DNA from: Phoronis australis
Lineage: Eukaryota > Animalia > Phoronida
NCBI GenBank assembly: GCA_002633005.1
Contig: NMRA01000368.1
Location: 45,160-109,159, forward strand
Direction: 5' to 3'
DNA length: 64,000 nucleotides
Shown: positions 13,401 to 25,727 of the stretch, piece by piece
Layout: the number at the start of each line of letters is the position of its first letter
How positions within the stretch are numbered: the stretch's first letter is position 1
Notes under the pieces: model-generated
What the model was told of the DNA's origin: nothing
What the model saw: the letters and a program-made list of their open reading frames with translations, nothing else
The model's database searches: none
Position numbers and translations under genes: made by a program

Positions 13401-14153
13401 TACACTCTGGAAAGCGTAACGTCACCCGTAAGTTTTCGCGATATACCGCCATACACGTAGATTACAAGGGAAGCTCGTGACCGCGGCAGCTTTTCTTGTG
13501 ACATTCTTGCTTCTGCGGAACTCTGCCCAGGTCAGGTCTGCCGTGCCGCAGTTGATTACACGCCTGAACAAACTGGCACTGGAAAGTTTTCCGTTAGTTA
13601 CCTGGAGGCCAAGAAAGGAAATCTGCATATTTAAAAGTTGTGTTGGCCGCGTGAGGACGTACAAAAATGCGCATGCTGAAAGCATTTCACGTAGTTAGTT
13701 CATGGGGCATTCTATAATAAAGTTTTGAACTAGTAATGAACACGCCCCTGATGAACTTCATTGTATAGGGTACACAGGTACAGCCACTGCGTACAGCCAG
13801 CGAAAAAATAACAGCTATGATTCATGAACAACTTTTCTACAATGTGTTATGGTATTGCTTTTATCACATTTACATGGTATTTGAGATTCAAAAAACTCAA
13901 ACAATGAGATTAATTTGGTTACCTACGCTTTTTATCCACCACGGTGTTGTCAAGCGCTCTCTTTTGGCCAAAACGCTTAGCTCGTGCGTTGAAGTTGCAT
14001 TAGTTCGCAACTTGATTATGGGGTATATTATCTCCACGTTTCTTTTATACCAAGGCAATTTTCCGTCGTTTTCGTCATTTTTGAAATTCTTTTTATAGAG
14101 ACTTGAAATAGTGAAACTGCCTTGAGTGTGGTTTATCACATATTGAATTGACG

Positions 14154-14379
14154 CATGCGCACACCCAGCCTAAAAATGGGGTCTCGAATTCTTGAGAATG
14201 TGGACCTTTTACTTCACTAGGATTCACGGGGTACGTTCAGAGCTATGCATAATGCATTCGCCGAGTTTTGGTAGTTTCTTCCTTTTTAGTGGATTTTTGT
14301 CTCGTTTTCTACTTTTTTCGGAGGCGGACATTTATGCCCACTTCGTTCAAGCCCCCCGAGCCCCCTGGGCGAGCGCATG
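14154..14379. mobile_element. MITE with CATG...CATG ends and 5-bp TSD (hAT5-like)
   Basis: TIR catgcgcacacccag / ctgggcgagcgcatg. Flanks tgacg/tgatg (CpG decay). Related to 30631-30867. Confidence 0.65.
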
Positions 14380-14474
14380 TGATGTATCTTGAAATCACAA
14401 TTTTCGTCGTTAACTTTACGCGATGACGGTACCAACAAAGTCGTTCGATGTTCGTTCATTTCCGCGTGACGTCA

Positions 14475-15342
14475 CAGTGGCGGATCTAGGATATCACAAG
14501 AGGGGGGGCCAACATTTTGTCCGGCTGTAAGCATTTGCGCAAACCACGATTGTAGATGCGCATAGCACCGAATGGGGGGAGGTCGGGTTTGCCCCCTCCC
14601 GCCCAGGAAATGTTTCTGTTTTTTCCTCTAAAAACTTGATCAAGCATTTTCCTTGATTTCTGATGTATTATCCAAGAAAAAAAGAAACACGGAGAACGTG
14701 TCACATAGGAAAAACTGCCAGTTCCACAGACTCGAACTCACGACCTGGCTGATGGGACACGCGTGCTTTACCACTACAACACCACGATTTCACTAATAAA
14801 CTTAAACTAAGAGACCTACTTGTTTATGGTCCACAGCGTTTGCGCGCGAAACCTACTTCTTTTTGAAATACTTATTACACGTTTTATATTTTGTGCAGTC
14901 GGTTCTTAACAAATTTGTTGTATTTAAAATAGTCTTCAAATGCCCAAAAGACCAAATCCGTTTTTCGTGTTGGTATTAATGACGGGATTGCTTTGGAAAT
15001 CGTCTTAATTTAAGGTTTAGCAAAGAGAGAATTAATGAGTTTCTGAGTGATTCATTAAGGCTTCGATTAAAATTCACATCTTACCAGCAGCTTCTGTTTT
15101 TTCATCGTCACTCAGGTTCCATTTTGTTTAAAAAATGAAGTAAATTTTCTTCATTGCACAGTGGAGCAGACGACGGAAACGGANAAACTGCACACATTTA
15201 AATCTTTTTTCATCCGTATAATTTTAATTACCGGGGCAAATTAATAAACTCAACATTTTCCTACGCTCTTGCTGTTTTATTTTTTTGCGGCAGCCAAGGG
15301 GGGTGGGGGCGGGCCCCCTGGGCACCCCTAAATCCGCCTATG
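14475..15342. mobile_element. MITE or non-autonomous element (hAT5-like) carrying an internal tRNA-like segment
   Basis: Ends cagtggcggatctagg / cctaaatccgcctatg. Flanks cgtca/cgtaa. G/C-run subterminal motifs. Confidence 0.6.
14721..14786 (-). mobile_element. tRNA-derived SINE head or tRNA-like segment
   Basis: Minus strand has an A box tgtagtggtaaagc and a B box gagttcgagtc. No complete cloverleaf. Confidence 0.55.
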
Positions 15343-16646
15343 CGTAATCGTGTACATTACTACACGACTTACCCGGATTCTGAATTCCATCAAATTACCA
15401 GGAGTAACACCGGGAAAATTTAGTTATGAGTTACGAAAGTTTGTTTACACAATTAAAAGTATTATGGGGTCACGGTCTGCCAATAGGAGCGGCAAAAATA
15501 CCAGTATACCGGCAGTCAGCAGGAATCTTTGGGGACACGACCGTTGGTGGAATTAATACCGTTATTTGTTTCTGAAATATTTCTGGGATTTCGAAATGCA
15601 TGGGAACGCCGCCAATGTCTGTCTCAACTGACATATCCACCTCTGGGACAGGCGCATAATAATAAACGCTTCGTAAGGCCCAATGGTAAACGAAATGGCA
15701 TGATCGTGACATTCACGAAGAACTCGTGCATCACTGAATGAGATCAATGTAGTTCAATCTTGACAGCCGTCAAAAGATACACTCTTGCCACAGCAGCACG
15801 GGTGGGAAGTGACCCGGAAGACGAATACCAATGGGTGAAGTAATTGTAATTCATCCAAACTTCTCTACATTGTTGTGCTTAAAGGTTAAAAAAACGTGAC
15901 CAATAAGCCACTGAATTTTCGGAACCAAATATTTTGATACGTATTTTTTGTAGATAATATAATCGACAATAAAGCGTTACCACTGAAGACAGTGTTTTAT
16001 CTGAGCGTTTATTTACGGTGGTCCCAAGATGACGGGAAGATTTTTTCATGGCATTTACTCATTTTTCGTTTGTTGATGTTTTTGCATGTTTTGCTCTTTA
16101 TGACCAACTTATTTTTTATTTCTGTCATGGAGCGTATTCTCTAATATGCTAATCGCCGTATTGGTTTTCACTTTTAAGATTAACTTAATGAATTTAGTCC
16201 TTAGCCATATAACTCATTTCAAATTTTCCAAAGAATAGACATAAGCTCCACCTAAGGTACGAAATAAGTCCAAATATTTGCTAACATCACCTCTTATTCA
16301 AAACATGGTGGACATGACATCGAGAATTGCTGAGAGCGAGCGTTTCCGTGAAGTCGAACGAATTGTATTAGGAAAACTCGAAAATATGTGCTCGTGAAGT
16401 CTGGTGTCGAATGTAGGCTTCTAAATGCGTGACTATGTTCGAACTTGATGCCTGTTTACTGCTTCTTATTTTTAGTATTTTTGGAACATTACTTTTTGTG
16501 GTTCCTTTTATTTGCGCTGCAGGTATCAACCACAAAAGTTGTTGTTCTTTGGTATTAGTACCGTTTTAACGGCTTGCACTCTTAGTACACATATTTCCGA
16601 TGAACCGCACAATTAACCCGCTTTCCTTCTAATTACTATCTTGGCT

Positions 16647-16812
16647 CATTGGTTTTGTCAGACATTCATCTTAGGACTAATTTCATGAATACCATACTTT
16701 CATTGGTTTTGTCAGACATTCATCTTAGGGCTAATTTCATGAATACCATACTTTCATTGGTTTTGTCAGACATTCATCTTAGGACTAATTTCATGAATAC
16801 CATACTTTCATT
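16647..16812. repeat. Minisatellite, 3 x 54 bp
   Basis: Unit cattggttttgtcagacattcatcttaggactaatttcatgaataccatacttt at 16647, 16701 and 16755, with one substitution. Confidence 0.95.
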
Positions 16813-17132
16813 TATACGGAAAAAGTACCTGAGAAAAACGTTATTTTTCACGCCCTTCATATGGTGATAAGCAGAGTGATTAGCGTAGTAACAAACGCAT
16901 TAATTTTTGTTTAACATTTTGCGTTTAATTTCAATATCATCTTCAAAGGGCACCTTTTTAACTGTCAGTGCCACGAGAAGTGTTCAAAAAAGGTAGCTAC
17001 AGTTTCTATGATAGCAATGATAACAGGGTTCTGTCTGGACAGATTTGCTCGACTCTTCGTCAACAAGGTCACTCTTCCAATGCGTTTTTCTTCCTCCTCT
17101 AGAGGAAAGTTCAGTTTGGGCAGTGCCATTTT

Positions 17133-17245
17133 GGGTAGAGCTCAGTGGTTGTTTCGCAGCACGAAAAATACATGACAGTATCTCGCGTAATCTCGCGAGG
17201 TCATGCTTTACTAGCGAGGTTCTAGTGTTACTGAACTCTACCCTG
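17133..17245. mobile_element. Harbinger-like MITE, same family as 9510-9590
   Basis: gggtagagctcagt ... tagcgagg...gtgttactgaactctaccctg is shared with the 9510 copy. Confidence 0.6.
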
Positions 17246-18082
17246 GTCGATACGTTGAAATTTTCCCGCTGATCTGCGATGAGACTGGTGCCAATGACCG
17301 TTGATTGGTGGCGTTGCATTTAATGTTCTTGCGGAAGTAAGTTATTCTTTTAGGTGTGTGCCACCAGCAAAAACGTTATTGATGCATTTTCATAAAAGAA
17401 TTCAGGAGAGGCTTGGCATCTTTTAACTTTCAATGGACTGGATTTCGGAAATCGTGTCGTAAGAGGTGGATTTGACACAGAATTCATGGAAGCAAATATA
17501 AAATAGAAAACGGATAGAAGTAGTGTTGCAGTAGTGTTGGACGTGGGATTTTGTTAATTTAAGTTAGCATAATTTTGAAAGCCGAAATTAATGTAGAGGC
17601 CGTTCTCGGGATTGCACCATGGTGCGTCATGTTGTCGTTGTCGCGTAAAACGTGATGACGTCACACGAAAATGTGGAACTTTTGGAGTTTAGGCCTACTA
17701 CCATTCAGTTTAGAGAACAAAACTTTCATTCTAGCTCGACTCGAAAGTTGATCAACCCCATCTAGTGGGTTTTCTTAGTACGTACAACCCTATTTGCCAA
17801 TTGTCTAGTAAAACTTCATGGTTTCAGGTCCTGCTTTGGTTTTATTATACGCTAGCCTCGACTTGTTGAAGAGGCCCAAATTCTATCGAACCCAAAATCT
17901 TGTTGCAAGACGCATTCTGCTCATTGACGATCTTTTGGTGGCGTTGCCATCGGAGTATGTAGGTCTATGCGAACGATCTCTGAGTATTTTCTAGAGTGCA
18001 ACGTCTGTTTGGTTTGCTTTATAAAGATTTAAATAGGATAACATGCACATTATTATACAAAGTAATTTCTATATATTTCCAG

Positions 18083-18369
18083 GCTATAAGGAAACAGCGT
18101 TCGCCTTTGCAGTAACGGCAGCAGGGGTCACCCACCAAGTTGCTAAAGCCTGCAGTTTAGGGAAGTTGAAGTCGTGCGGCTGCGACACAAGTCTGATAAA
18201 TACCACGCCCAGGAGACTGTCGCTAAGAAACCAATGGGAGTGGGGCGGTTGTAGCCATAACATTGCTTTCGGAGTCAAATTCACGCGAGACTTTGTGAAC
18301 TCTCGCGAGAAGGGTCTTAAAGACATTAGAGCCAAAATCAACAGACATAACAATAAAGTTGGTCGGCTG
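18083..18369 (+). CDS. Wnt10: Wnt10 coding exon
   Basis: Acceptor tttccag|GC completes a Gly codon in phase with the previous exon. Donor CTG|gtaagt. Encodes GYKETAFAFAVTAAGVTHQVAKACSLGKLKSCGCD...WEWGGCSHNIAFG...HNNKVGRL (Wnt core). Confidence 0.95.
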
Positions 18370-19728
18370 GTAAGTGTTTTGAGGCACTTTAAGAAAAACT
18401 TAAGTAAAGTTACGTGACAATTAATTCCTTGATTAATATTTTGAAGGTCATTGAACCCTGAGAATAAATGAATTAGTATCCATATGAATTGATACCATGA
18501 CTTTTACTTGTGTAATTTCGAAGTGTTAAACATGACAGCAGCAGTGAGGACGACAGCGGGTGGCAGGGAAGACGACATGCAATCGTTCAACATGCCAGCC
18601 ACTAGTACCCGTCTTCTTGCCACCTTCCGTGTATTTCCAACAAGTCGTGAACTTCACCGTAGTTTTATCATAGACCATGGAATTTTGCAATTGTGTTTCT
18701 GGATCAGTCAGACACGAGAAAGCACAATAATGGACTTTAAAACAAAGCAACGTTTCTCCTTCTTAACCAGCCCTATTTTTATTCTACTCTCGAAACAAAA
18801 CTAGTATTATTTCGCCCAAAAACAAAACTTGTTCTAACAGAGTCTTTTTGTGTTTGCCGCCCCACGCGTCTCGTTTTGTCATGTGTTGCTAAAGAACTCC
18901 GTCTCTGGCGAACAGATTTTTCTCATTACTCTAACTAGTACAAAGGGAAATGTTAAAAACAAACTTCAAAATACGACGTTAACTCCAGTCAGCTGTTCGA
19001 TCGTGTGAGTTGACTCAAGTTATTACAAGCGTATGGCGGCATGAGAGAGCAAAGAACAGTCGGTCCGTCTAATAATTCTGATCGAATGCCTCATTTTTGA
19101 AGAGGAATACATTAAGCATTTGTCGAATGGAAATTTACAAATTACATTATTTTTATAAATCGTCCAAAGCCGTAAGATGAAACGCGAAACCAGCTTGCAA
19201 TAGAAGCTTAATTTATCAGTTTTCGTTTACATTTGACTGGTTCTTACTTACTTGCAAAGTAGATTCATTGCGCGTGCGTTTAATTTATATGTTTCCAAGT
19301 TTTACCAATCCAGTGGAAAGGTTCGGTAGAAGCCACTAATTACTTTATTGTATAATGACTTTATTTGTATTTGTTGTCAAAACAATCGTCCATTGAAAAC
19401 ATTTTTCACTTTATTTCACCATTTAGAACACAATACGAGTTTCACCAATCGAAAGATATCACAAGATATCACTGAAATAAGAACATTTTATAAATTGCAG
19501 TCCTATATGTATCCGCGTTTTTCACCCACATTTGTCAAAAGTCAGTCAGCTGTGACGGCCATTTTGCAGGTGCACCACCAGAAATTCAAAAAAAAATCTT
19601 AAATGATCTGAGGTGTTTGGATTTGAAGAGACGATATGTTAAGAAGCAAATTCATTGCTCGGGAACAAGCTTCCACTAGATCGGTTAGTGTTAGTATCTC
19701 TTTATGGAGTTTTTGAAGTGGTTACATT

Positions 19729-19781
19729 CCCGCCTACACACCCGCCTACACACCCGCCTACACACCCGCCTACATACCCGC
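19729..19781. repeat. Tandem repeat of about 4.4 x 12 bp (cccgcctacaca)
   Basis: Directly visible. Confidence 0.9.
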
Positions 19782-21255
19782 TTTCCATCGCAAAAAACTT
19801 TTGATTTTTTTGATTTAGATCACTTACCGTCAGGATATTGGTCTCAAATTGTTCCTTGGTAAAACTGAAGGTGAATTTAGGGCTTCAAAATAACTACTAG
19901 TTCACCTGCGACCAGGGTCTACGAGTTGGCTTATCTCGGCGTGTCAAATTTTGGGCCGTGCATGGTCTCGAGGAATAAGAAACTGTCAGTTGTGTAAAAA
20001 CCCAGAAGTAACTTCTCACCTGAGTAAGGGACAAACTGAAACCAAATTTACAGCGGTAAGTGGTTTAACTCAAAAGTTCGGTTCTTGTACGGAAAGCGGG
20101 TTTGTAGCGACTTTAACTAAAATTAAGAGGGAAGGGTATCTTTAAGAACAATAACAAGCAGCAGGTATTCCATCTAGCGTCCAACCAAAGAAGTCGCTTG
20201 GGTGCGGTGTGTGCCATTTCAGGGTACAATAACGTTGATTTTGTTCCGAAACCTTAAGCTTCACGCCGTAATGTTCAGGGTCCATAGATGAGTGGATTTC
20301 AACGCATACTAGTTCAAATTAACCTTAAAAGGCGAAAATTAAAGAGGATTTTGATAGAATTGTTTCGGGTCTTGTCATTTGGTCTTGTCACGGATACTAC
20401 ATACACTGTGTTTGCCAACTGTCCTGCTTTTTGAAGTTTTGTCCCGTGCAGTGTCCTGTCACAGCATCAGAATATCCCGCTTTTTGACGCACAAGACAAA
20501 ATTCTAGTATCATCGTATATTTTTGTGTCTGGAGACGAAATTGTAGTATAATTGTATATTTTTGTGTCTTCCACAAGATTTATCGGATTTTTCCGTTCCG
20601 TATTACTAAAAATAAAAAACGTCTTTCGGTTGATCTTAGGTGCTGTAACGAGTATTTGCCTCTTACGATAGGGCCTTGATCCAGCTGTTTCGCGTTTTAT
20701 TTTCAAGTGTTAGCAACTATGGAATAAGCCTACCCATTTTTCCGTATGCGAATCCTTTGGGATGGTATAGATTTTGAATGTCCAACGGCAATCCCTGAAC
20801 ATTTTGTGGGCAGTGGAATGAAGCCTTGCGGGGACGCAAAAATTATAGTCAGCACACTACACCACAAATGAACTTGGTTTAAAGTTAGGTACCGCGCGTT
20901 CAGTTCGCCACTTAGTCGCGCATCGTCGATTGAGGATCCCCACTAAATAAAAGCGTCAGTCAACACTACCATGAAAAGAACATTAAGGTTTTTAAAATAA
21001 CAACTGTTGTGGTATAGGCTATGTTTGTACGTACAATTAAAATGACTGCAATAGTTCTGTGGCTAACGCCTGCATGCCGCACCTTCACGGACTGAGACAA
21101 AATACAATGGAAAACATCTGTTGTTAATTGTTGTGGAAAGTTACATCCCCGATAGTTTTTGCTTGGTTATTTTTTGTCTCTTGTAAAAACACTTTCGATA
21201 GACGCAAAATATTTGAATTAGTTTCAAAACGAAGTGTACTTGATCTAAAGAGCAC

Positions 21256-21492
21256 GGTCCCGTTCCAACAAAACTGACTTAGCTAAGACAAATCTTAAAT
21301 TGATGTAAATTTTAAAATAAAAATCAGATTTGTCTCAAAACCAATTCAAGAAAGAAATCTTAAGTTTGACATAAGTGTATGGCCTAAATTTTGTCTTAAT
21401 TTTGACTAACTTTCCAAATGTGGAAGTTTCAAAGTTTGGAACTCAAGACTTAAGTCAAAGATGAACTTAAGTCAGTTTCTTGGAACAGGCCC
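21256..21492. mobile_element. PIF/Harbinger-like MITE in a Wnt10 intron
   Basis: TIR ggtcccgttccaacaaaactgactta / taagtcagtttcttggaacaggccc. 3-bp flanks cac/cac. Internal cttaag and gacttaag repeats. Confidence 0.7.
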
Positions 21493-22124
21493 CACATATA
21501 GCGTGTACAAAAACATAATGTTTTAGCATAAATTCCAAAATAATATTTCTGGTGTTATTTGACTTAATCAATTACAATTGGCGTTTTCCTCTGCTTTCGT
21601 AAAATACTTACGTAGTTTTCTAACAACTATTTGCAAATGTCGAGACTCCTGTTACCGTTTATGTGACGTAACGTCAAATTTTCATTTTGATTGTTTCTTT
21701 ATAGCTGTAATGATTATTTCAAAGTATAAAACACAAAAATCCTTGGTACTAGTAACTGATTCCGATATATGTTTGTATGATATATCTTAAGTGCAATTAA
21801 GTAAAGACAAGTATTACTTATCATGGCGAACGTAGTGACACCTATTGTCGAAAATTTTCCTGGTCAGTACCATCAAAAATAATTTACTACTGTAATGTCT
21901 TTGCTACCATCCGGAAAACCTCGGGTATTTTCGTAGCCTCAATTTTTTTTCCTCTGAAGTGAATGTTATGAGAGAATTTCAGGCTGATCAATCTCCGGTT
22001 TTAAAAACACATGCTTTGTCCTATGACTGGGCTAATGACTTTCACCTTCGAAGAGGAATTTACAAAATAATAACCGAGGTGTTCCAGATATTTATCTACC
22101 ATACGTTTATCAATCAATTTTTAG

Positions 22125-22265
22125 GCAGTGGTTGATCACGTAAGAAAAAAGTGCAAATGTCATGGTATGTCGGGGTCGTGCGAATTGAGGACATGCTGGA
22201 AAACCACACCCGAGTTTCATGAAGTGGGCAGACTTCTGATGCAGAAGTACAAATCTGCCAAGAAG
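22125..22265 (+). CDS. Wnt10: Wnt10 coding exon containing the palmitoleoylated Ser motif
   Basis: Acceptor tttttag|GCA, phase 0. Encodes [47 protein letters not shown]. The 3' end is ambiguous between AAG|gttcgt (22265) and CGT|gtaagt (22271). Both are in frame. Confidence 0.9.
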
Positions 22266-23239
22266 GTTCGTGTAAGTTATGCTTCGCATTATTATTTTCT
22301 AACCAGCCTGAGCTGATCTTTCGTTTAAAGCCATATACAATAACGTCTTTAAAAAAGATTAAAAGCACGTGGAGACTAATTGAGTATAATGCAACGAATC
22401 TGCATTCGTATTATATTTATTATTTTTGTTATTTACTTATTTGCGAACTCAGCAAATGTGCTTCATTAATTGTTTCTCCGCTGTAAACTTGACTTTTTTG
22501 CTGAATTTTGGTGAAATTTTGGTTTGGTCTTGATACCGTGGCTTTAAGCAAAATCTCCCGCCATTGCTAATCTGTTCCAACCTACATACGTTCTAAACCA
22601 TTCTGCCCACTCTGCAAGCCTTGTGTTTTGTTGTGTTAAAATATCGTGGCGTTTGCTGTGCTAAAATATCTTTGAAATTACATTTATTTCTGTGCGTAAA
22701 AGCATCAGATTTAGCACATAAACTTGAGTTCATTCCAGCTTTAATACTTACTGCCATCGTTCACTAACTTGTGCTATGTTTGCACCGTAGTTTTGTTTCA
22801 GGTGCAACTTCTTCCAATTCGACTTGTCCCATAATACAGTGATACCAATGTCGAGATTTGACAAATCTTTGCTTCACTTCTGGAGGCATTGAAGATAATT
22901 TCAGACCAACTTATTGCATCTGTGTTATGTTTTCTTTCAATTAGAATTAGTTGTCATTCTAAGTCTGGCCTAAACGAATCCTTTCTCACTCGTATTCAAA
23001 ATTCCGGAGAACTTGATGTTTTTGTTTGATAAGAAGTTACGCACACTCATAGTAAAACAATAGGAATAATAACATGAGCAAATTTCGTATAATATAAATG
23101 TTCAAGATAAAATCTCAAAAAGCTGGTACAGTTTTCTAAAATATCGTTTCGTTTTCACTTTATGCAACTTTAATTTTTTTCACAAAAATCAAAAAAGTCC
23201 CATTTTTGATATCCCTGATGCAAAAGTAGGACATTTTAA

Positions 23240-24441
23240 AGGCGAAGGCAACCTTTTTCCATGTCATTTTGAGCTAAAACAAGGTTGGTTGGTTATCCTA
23301 GACATATTTTCCACTTAATTACAGCTTTTCGTAATTTTATTAATTACTCGACCGCTACTGCGGAAGTGACGTTTTAGGAGGCAAGCGATTCCCGCCACTT
23401 GGTTTTGCGTTGACTTTACCGTGCGAATCTGTTCTATTCTACTTTTGTTTTGTGCTGTTTTTCAACAATTGTCGCCACCACTTTCCATCGGCAAGTATTC
23501 TGCGGCAAGATAGGTTAGTAGAGAACTCAACTACGTTGGATTTAGGGATTGTTTNNNNNNNNNNNNNNNNNNNNNNNNNNNNNNNNNNNNNNNNNNNNNN
23601 NNNNNNNNNNNNNNNNNNNNNNNNNNNNNNNNNNNNNNNNNNNNNNNNNNNNNNNNNNNNNNNNNNNNNNNNNNNNNNNNNNNNNNNNNNNNNNNNNNNN
23701 NNNNNNNNNNNNNNNNNNNNNNNNNNNNNNNNNNNNNNNNNNNNNNNNNNNNNNNNNNNNNNNNNNNNNNNNNNNNNNNNNNNNNNNNNNNNNNNNNNNN
23801 NNNNNNNNNNNNNNNNNNNNNNNNNNNNNNNNNNNNNNNNNNNNNNNNNNNNNNNNNNNNNNNNNNNNNNNNNNNNNNNNNNNNNNNNNNNNNNNNNNNN
23901 NNNNNNNNNNNNNNNNNNNNNNNNNNNNNNNNNNNNNNNNNNNNNNNNNNNNNNNNNNNNNNNNNNNNNNNNNNNNNNNNNNNNNNNNNNNNNNNNNNNN
24001 NNNNNNNNNNNNNNNNNNNNNNNNNNNNNNNNNNNNNNNNNNNNNNNNNNNNNNNNNNNNNNNNNNNNNNNNNNNNNNNNNNNNNNNNNNNNNNNNNNNN
24101 NNNNNNNNNNNNNNNNNNNNNNNNNNNNNNNNNNNNNNNNNNNNNNNNNNNNNGGTACGCAGCAACAGTGTGGCATGTTGACTGACTAGTAAATGAAAGC
24201 AAACGACGACGGAACTTAACACAACCGAGGTAGAACAATGACTGACTCGGCAGCTCTCACAGTCAGACTATATGAAAAGAAATTGGCGCGAAATGCTTGC
24301 CTCCTAAAACGTCACTTCCGCAGTAGCGGACGAGTAATTAATAAAATTACGAAAAGCTGTAATTAAGTGGAAAATATGTCTAGGATAACCAACCAACCTT
24401 ATTTTAGCTCAAAATGACATGGAAAAAGGTTGCCTTCGCCT
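23240..24441. mobile_element. Kolobok-type DNA transposon (probably non-autonomous) in the last Wnt10 intron, interior hidden by the assembly gap
   Basis: Near-perfect TIRs of about 157 bp (23240-23396 vs 24284-24441) starting AGGCGAAGGCAACC. TTAA flanks both sides (23236-39, 24442-45). RR termini plus a TTAA TSD are the Kolobok hallmark. Confidence 0.8.
23555..24153. other. Assembly gap (599 N)
   Basis: Run of N. Confidence 1.
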
Positions 24442-25385
24442 TTAAAAACAATTCCTATTAGTGTTTAGGTGAACAGAGTACACTGCGTAGTACCTGAAAT
24501 TTTAATGTGAATGCCACCAGCCATTTCTGAGATGTGATGTTCCGAAGTTAGCCAAACTTTGACATTTTTCTATGGTCCCCATTGGGTTAATGTACTCAGT
24601 AACAAAGTTTCCAAATAAGGAAGACAGAAAAATAACTGTGTCTTGTTTGAGCACCATAGACAAATCATTCGTCACAGTTTATGGATAGTTTGTACAAACT
24701 CTCTGTTTAATGTACAGTTCATGGATATATTTGCAGAGACTTTGAACTTTGCTGAAGTGAGATTTCGTTATTAAATTTTGCTTTATTTTATTTTATTTTG
24801 TTGCATTTTATTTTCTTGTTTGTGTGTAACGTAAAAGGAAAAGTGTGATGTAAAACTCCTATAAGCTATGTTCTGATGTTAAAAACAACTTATTTCAAAG
24901 CAGCGGCATCACGCTATCGTCTTTTTGAATTGAAATTGGTTACATTAAATTGTGTGGAAGTCCCATCAAGGTCATGTTCTCTTGGCAACTGCAAAACTAG
25001 ATCGCCGGGTCAAGCAACGTTATGGACCTGATATGAAAAGTATGGACCTGTCAGCTCTTCTTGCGACTAAAAATCATTTTTAATCCTAGAAAGGGGGACG
25101 ACTACACCGATTTTATGACAGTAACAAAGCCTAGATCAAAAGTTGGTTTTTTTGACAGAAGGTGTGGGTTTATTGCCCTTTAATTCTTAAGTTACTTTTC
25201 ATGGAAGTGACCGTAGCTCTCGGGCATTAATGTTTACAGCGTCCGTTGGAGTTAAATTTCCGGCCAAATTATTTATGAGGCTATGTCCATTGTTTCTCAA
25301 AGCATCCTGAGCCATGCAACACTGCCAGGTCAAAATTTGGTTGTTCAGCTAAATAAATAAATGTCGAAATTTTATTGTTTTTCAG

Positions 25386-25727
25386 GTGCAGTATACAAAT
25401 TCTGTGTATAGAAATGTTGCGTCATACTATCAGCGAGGTAGGCGTAGGCGGTGGAACCTCAAATTACCATCTCACCAGCTAGGTTATTTTGAGAAGTCTC
25501 CGACTTTTTGCGAAGCAAATGAACGGTTAGGAATTCCCGGAACCCGCGGAAGAATATGTAACAAAACCAGTGATGGTTTGGACAACTGTGATACACTGTG
25601 CTGCGGTCGAGGTTACGATACTGTTAAGATCAGGCGAGTGGAACGCTGTAATTGTAAGTTTCATTGGTGCTGTTATGTTAAGTGTGATACTTGTACCTAT
25701 AACGACTGGATCACGGTTTGTAAGTGA
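25386..25727 (+). CDS. Wnt10: Wnt10 terminal coding exon
   Basis: Acceptor ttttttcag|GTG. Encodes ...[12 protein letters not shown]...[11 protein letters not shown]...[10 protein letters not shown]...[28 protein letters not shown] then TGA. The W.(S/T)VCK end is typical of Wnt10. Confidence 0.95.
   Translation: MQYTNSVYRNVASYYQRGRRRRWNLKLPSHQLGYFEKSPTFCEANERLGIPGTRGRICNKTSDGLDNCDTLCCGRGYDTVKIRRVERCNCKFHWCCYVKCDTCTYNDWITVCK

Noticed and set aside
14473-14479. CACAGTG RSS/Transib heptamer at a MITE end
   Set aside because: TSD and TIR symmetry place the terminus at CAGTGG (14475). There is no matching CAC...GTG end or nonamer.
16647-16812. Regular repeats resembling a CRISPR array, and the repetitive ORF 16649-16867
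   Set aside because: The units are contiguous with no unique spacers, the context is a eukaryotic intron, and no cas genes are present.
18084-18353. Antisense ORFs overlapping Wnt10 exons (also 22114-22368 and 25527-25733)
   Set aside because: Shadow ORFs of the real coding strand.
23410-24238. Long ORFs of 210-259 aa
   Set aside because: Artefacts of translating the N gap.
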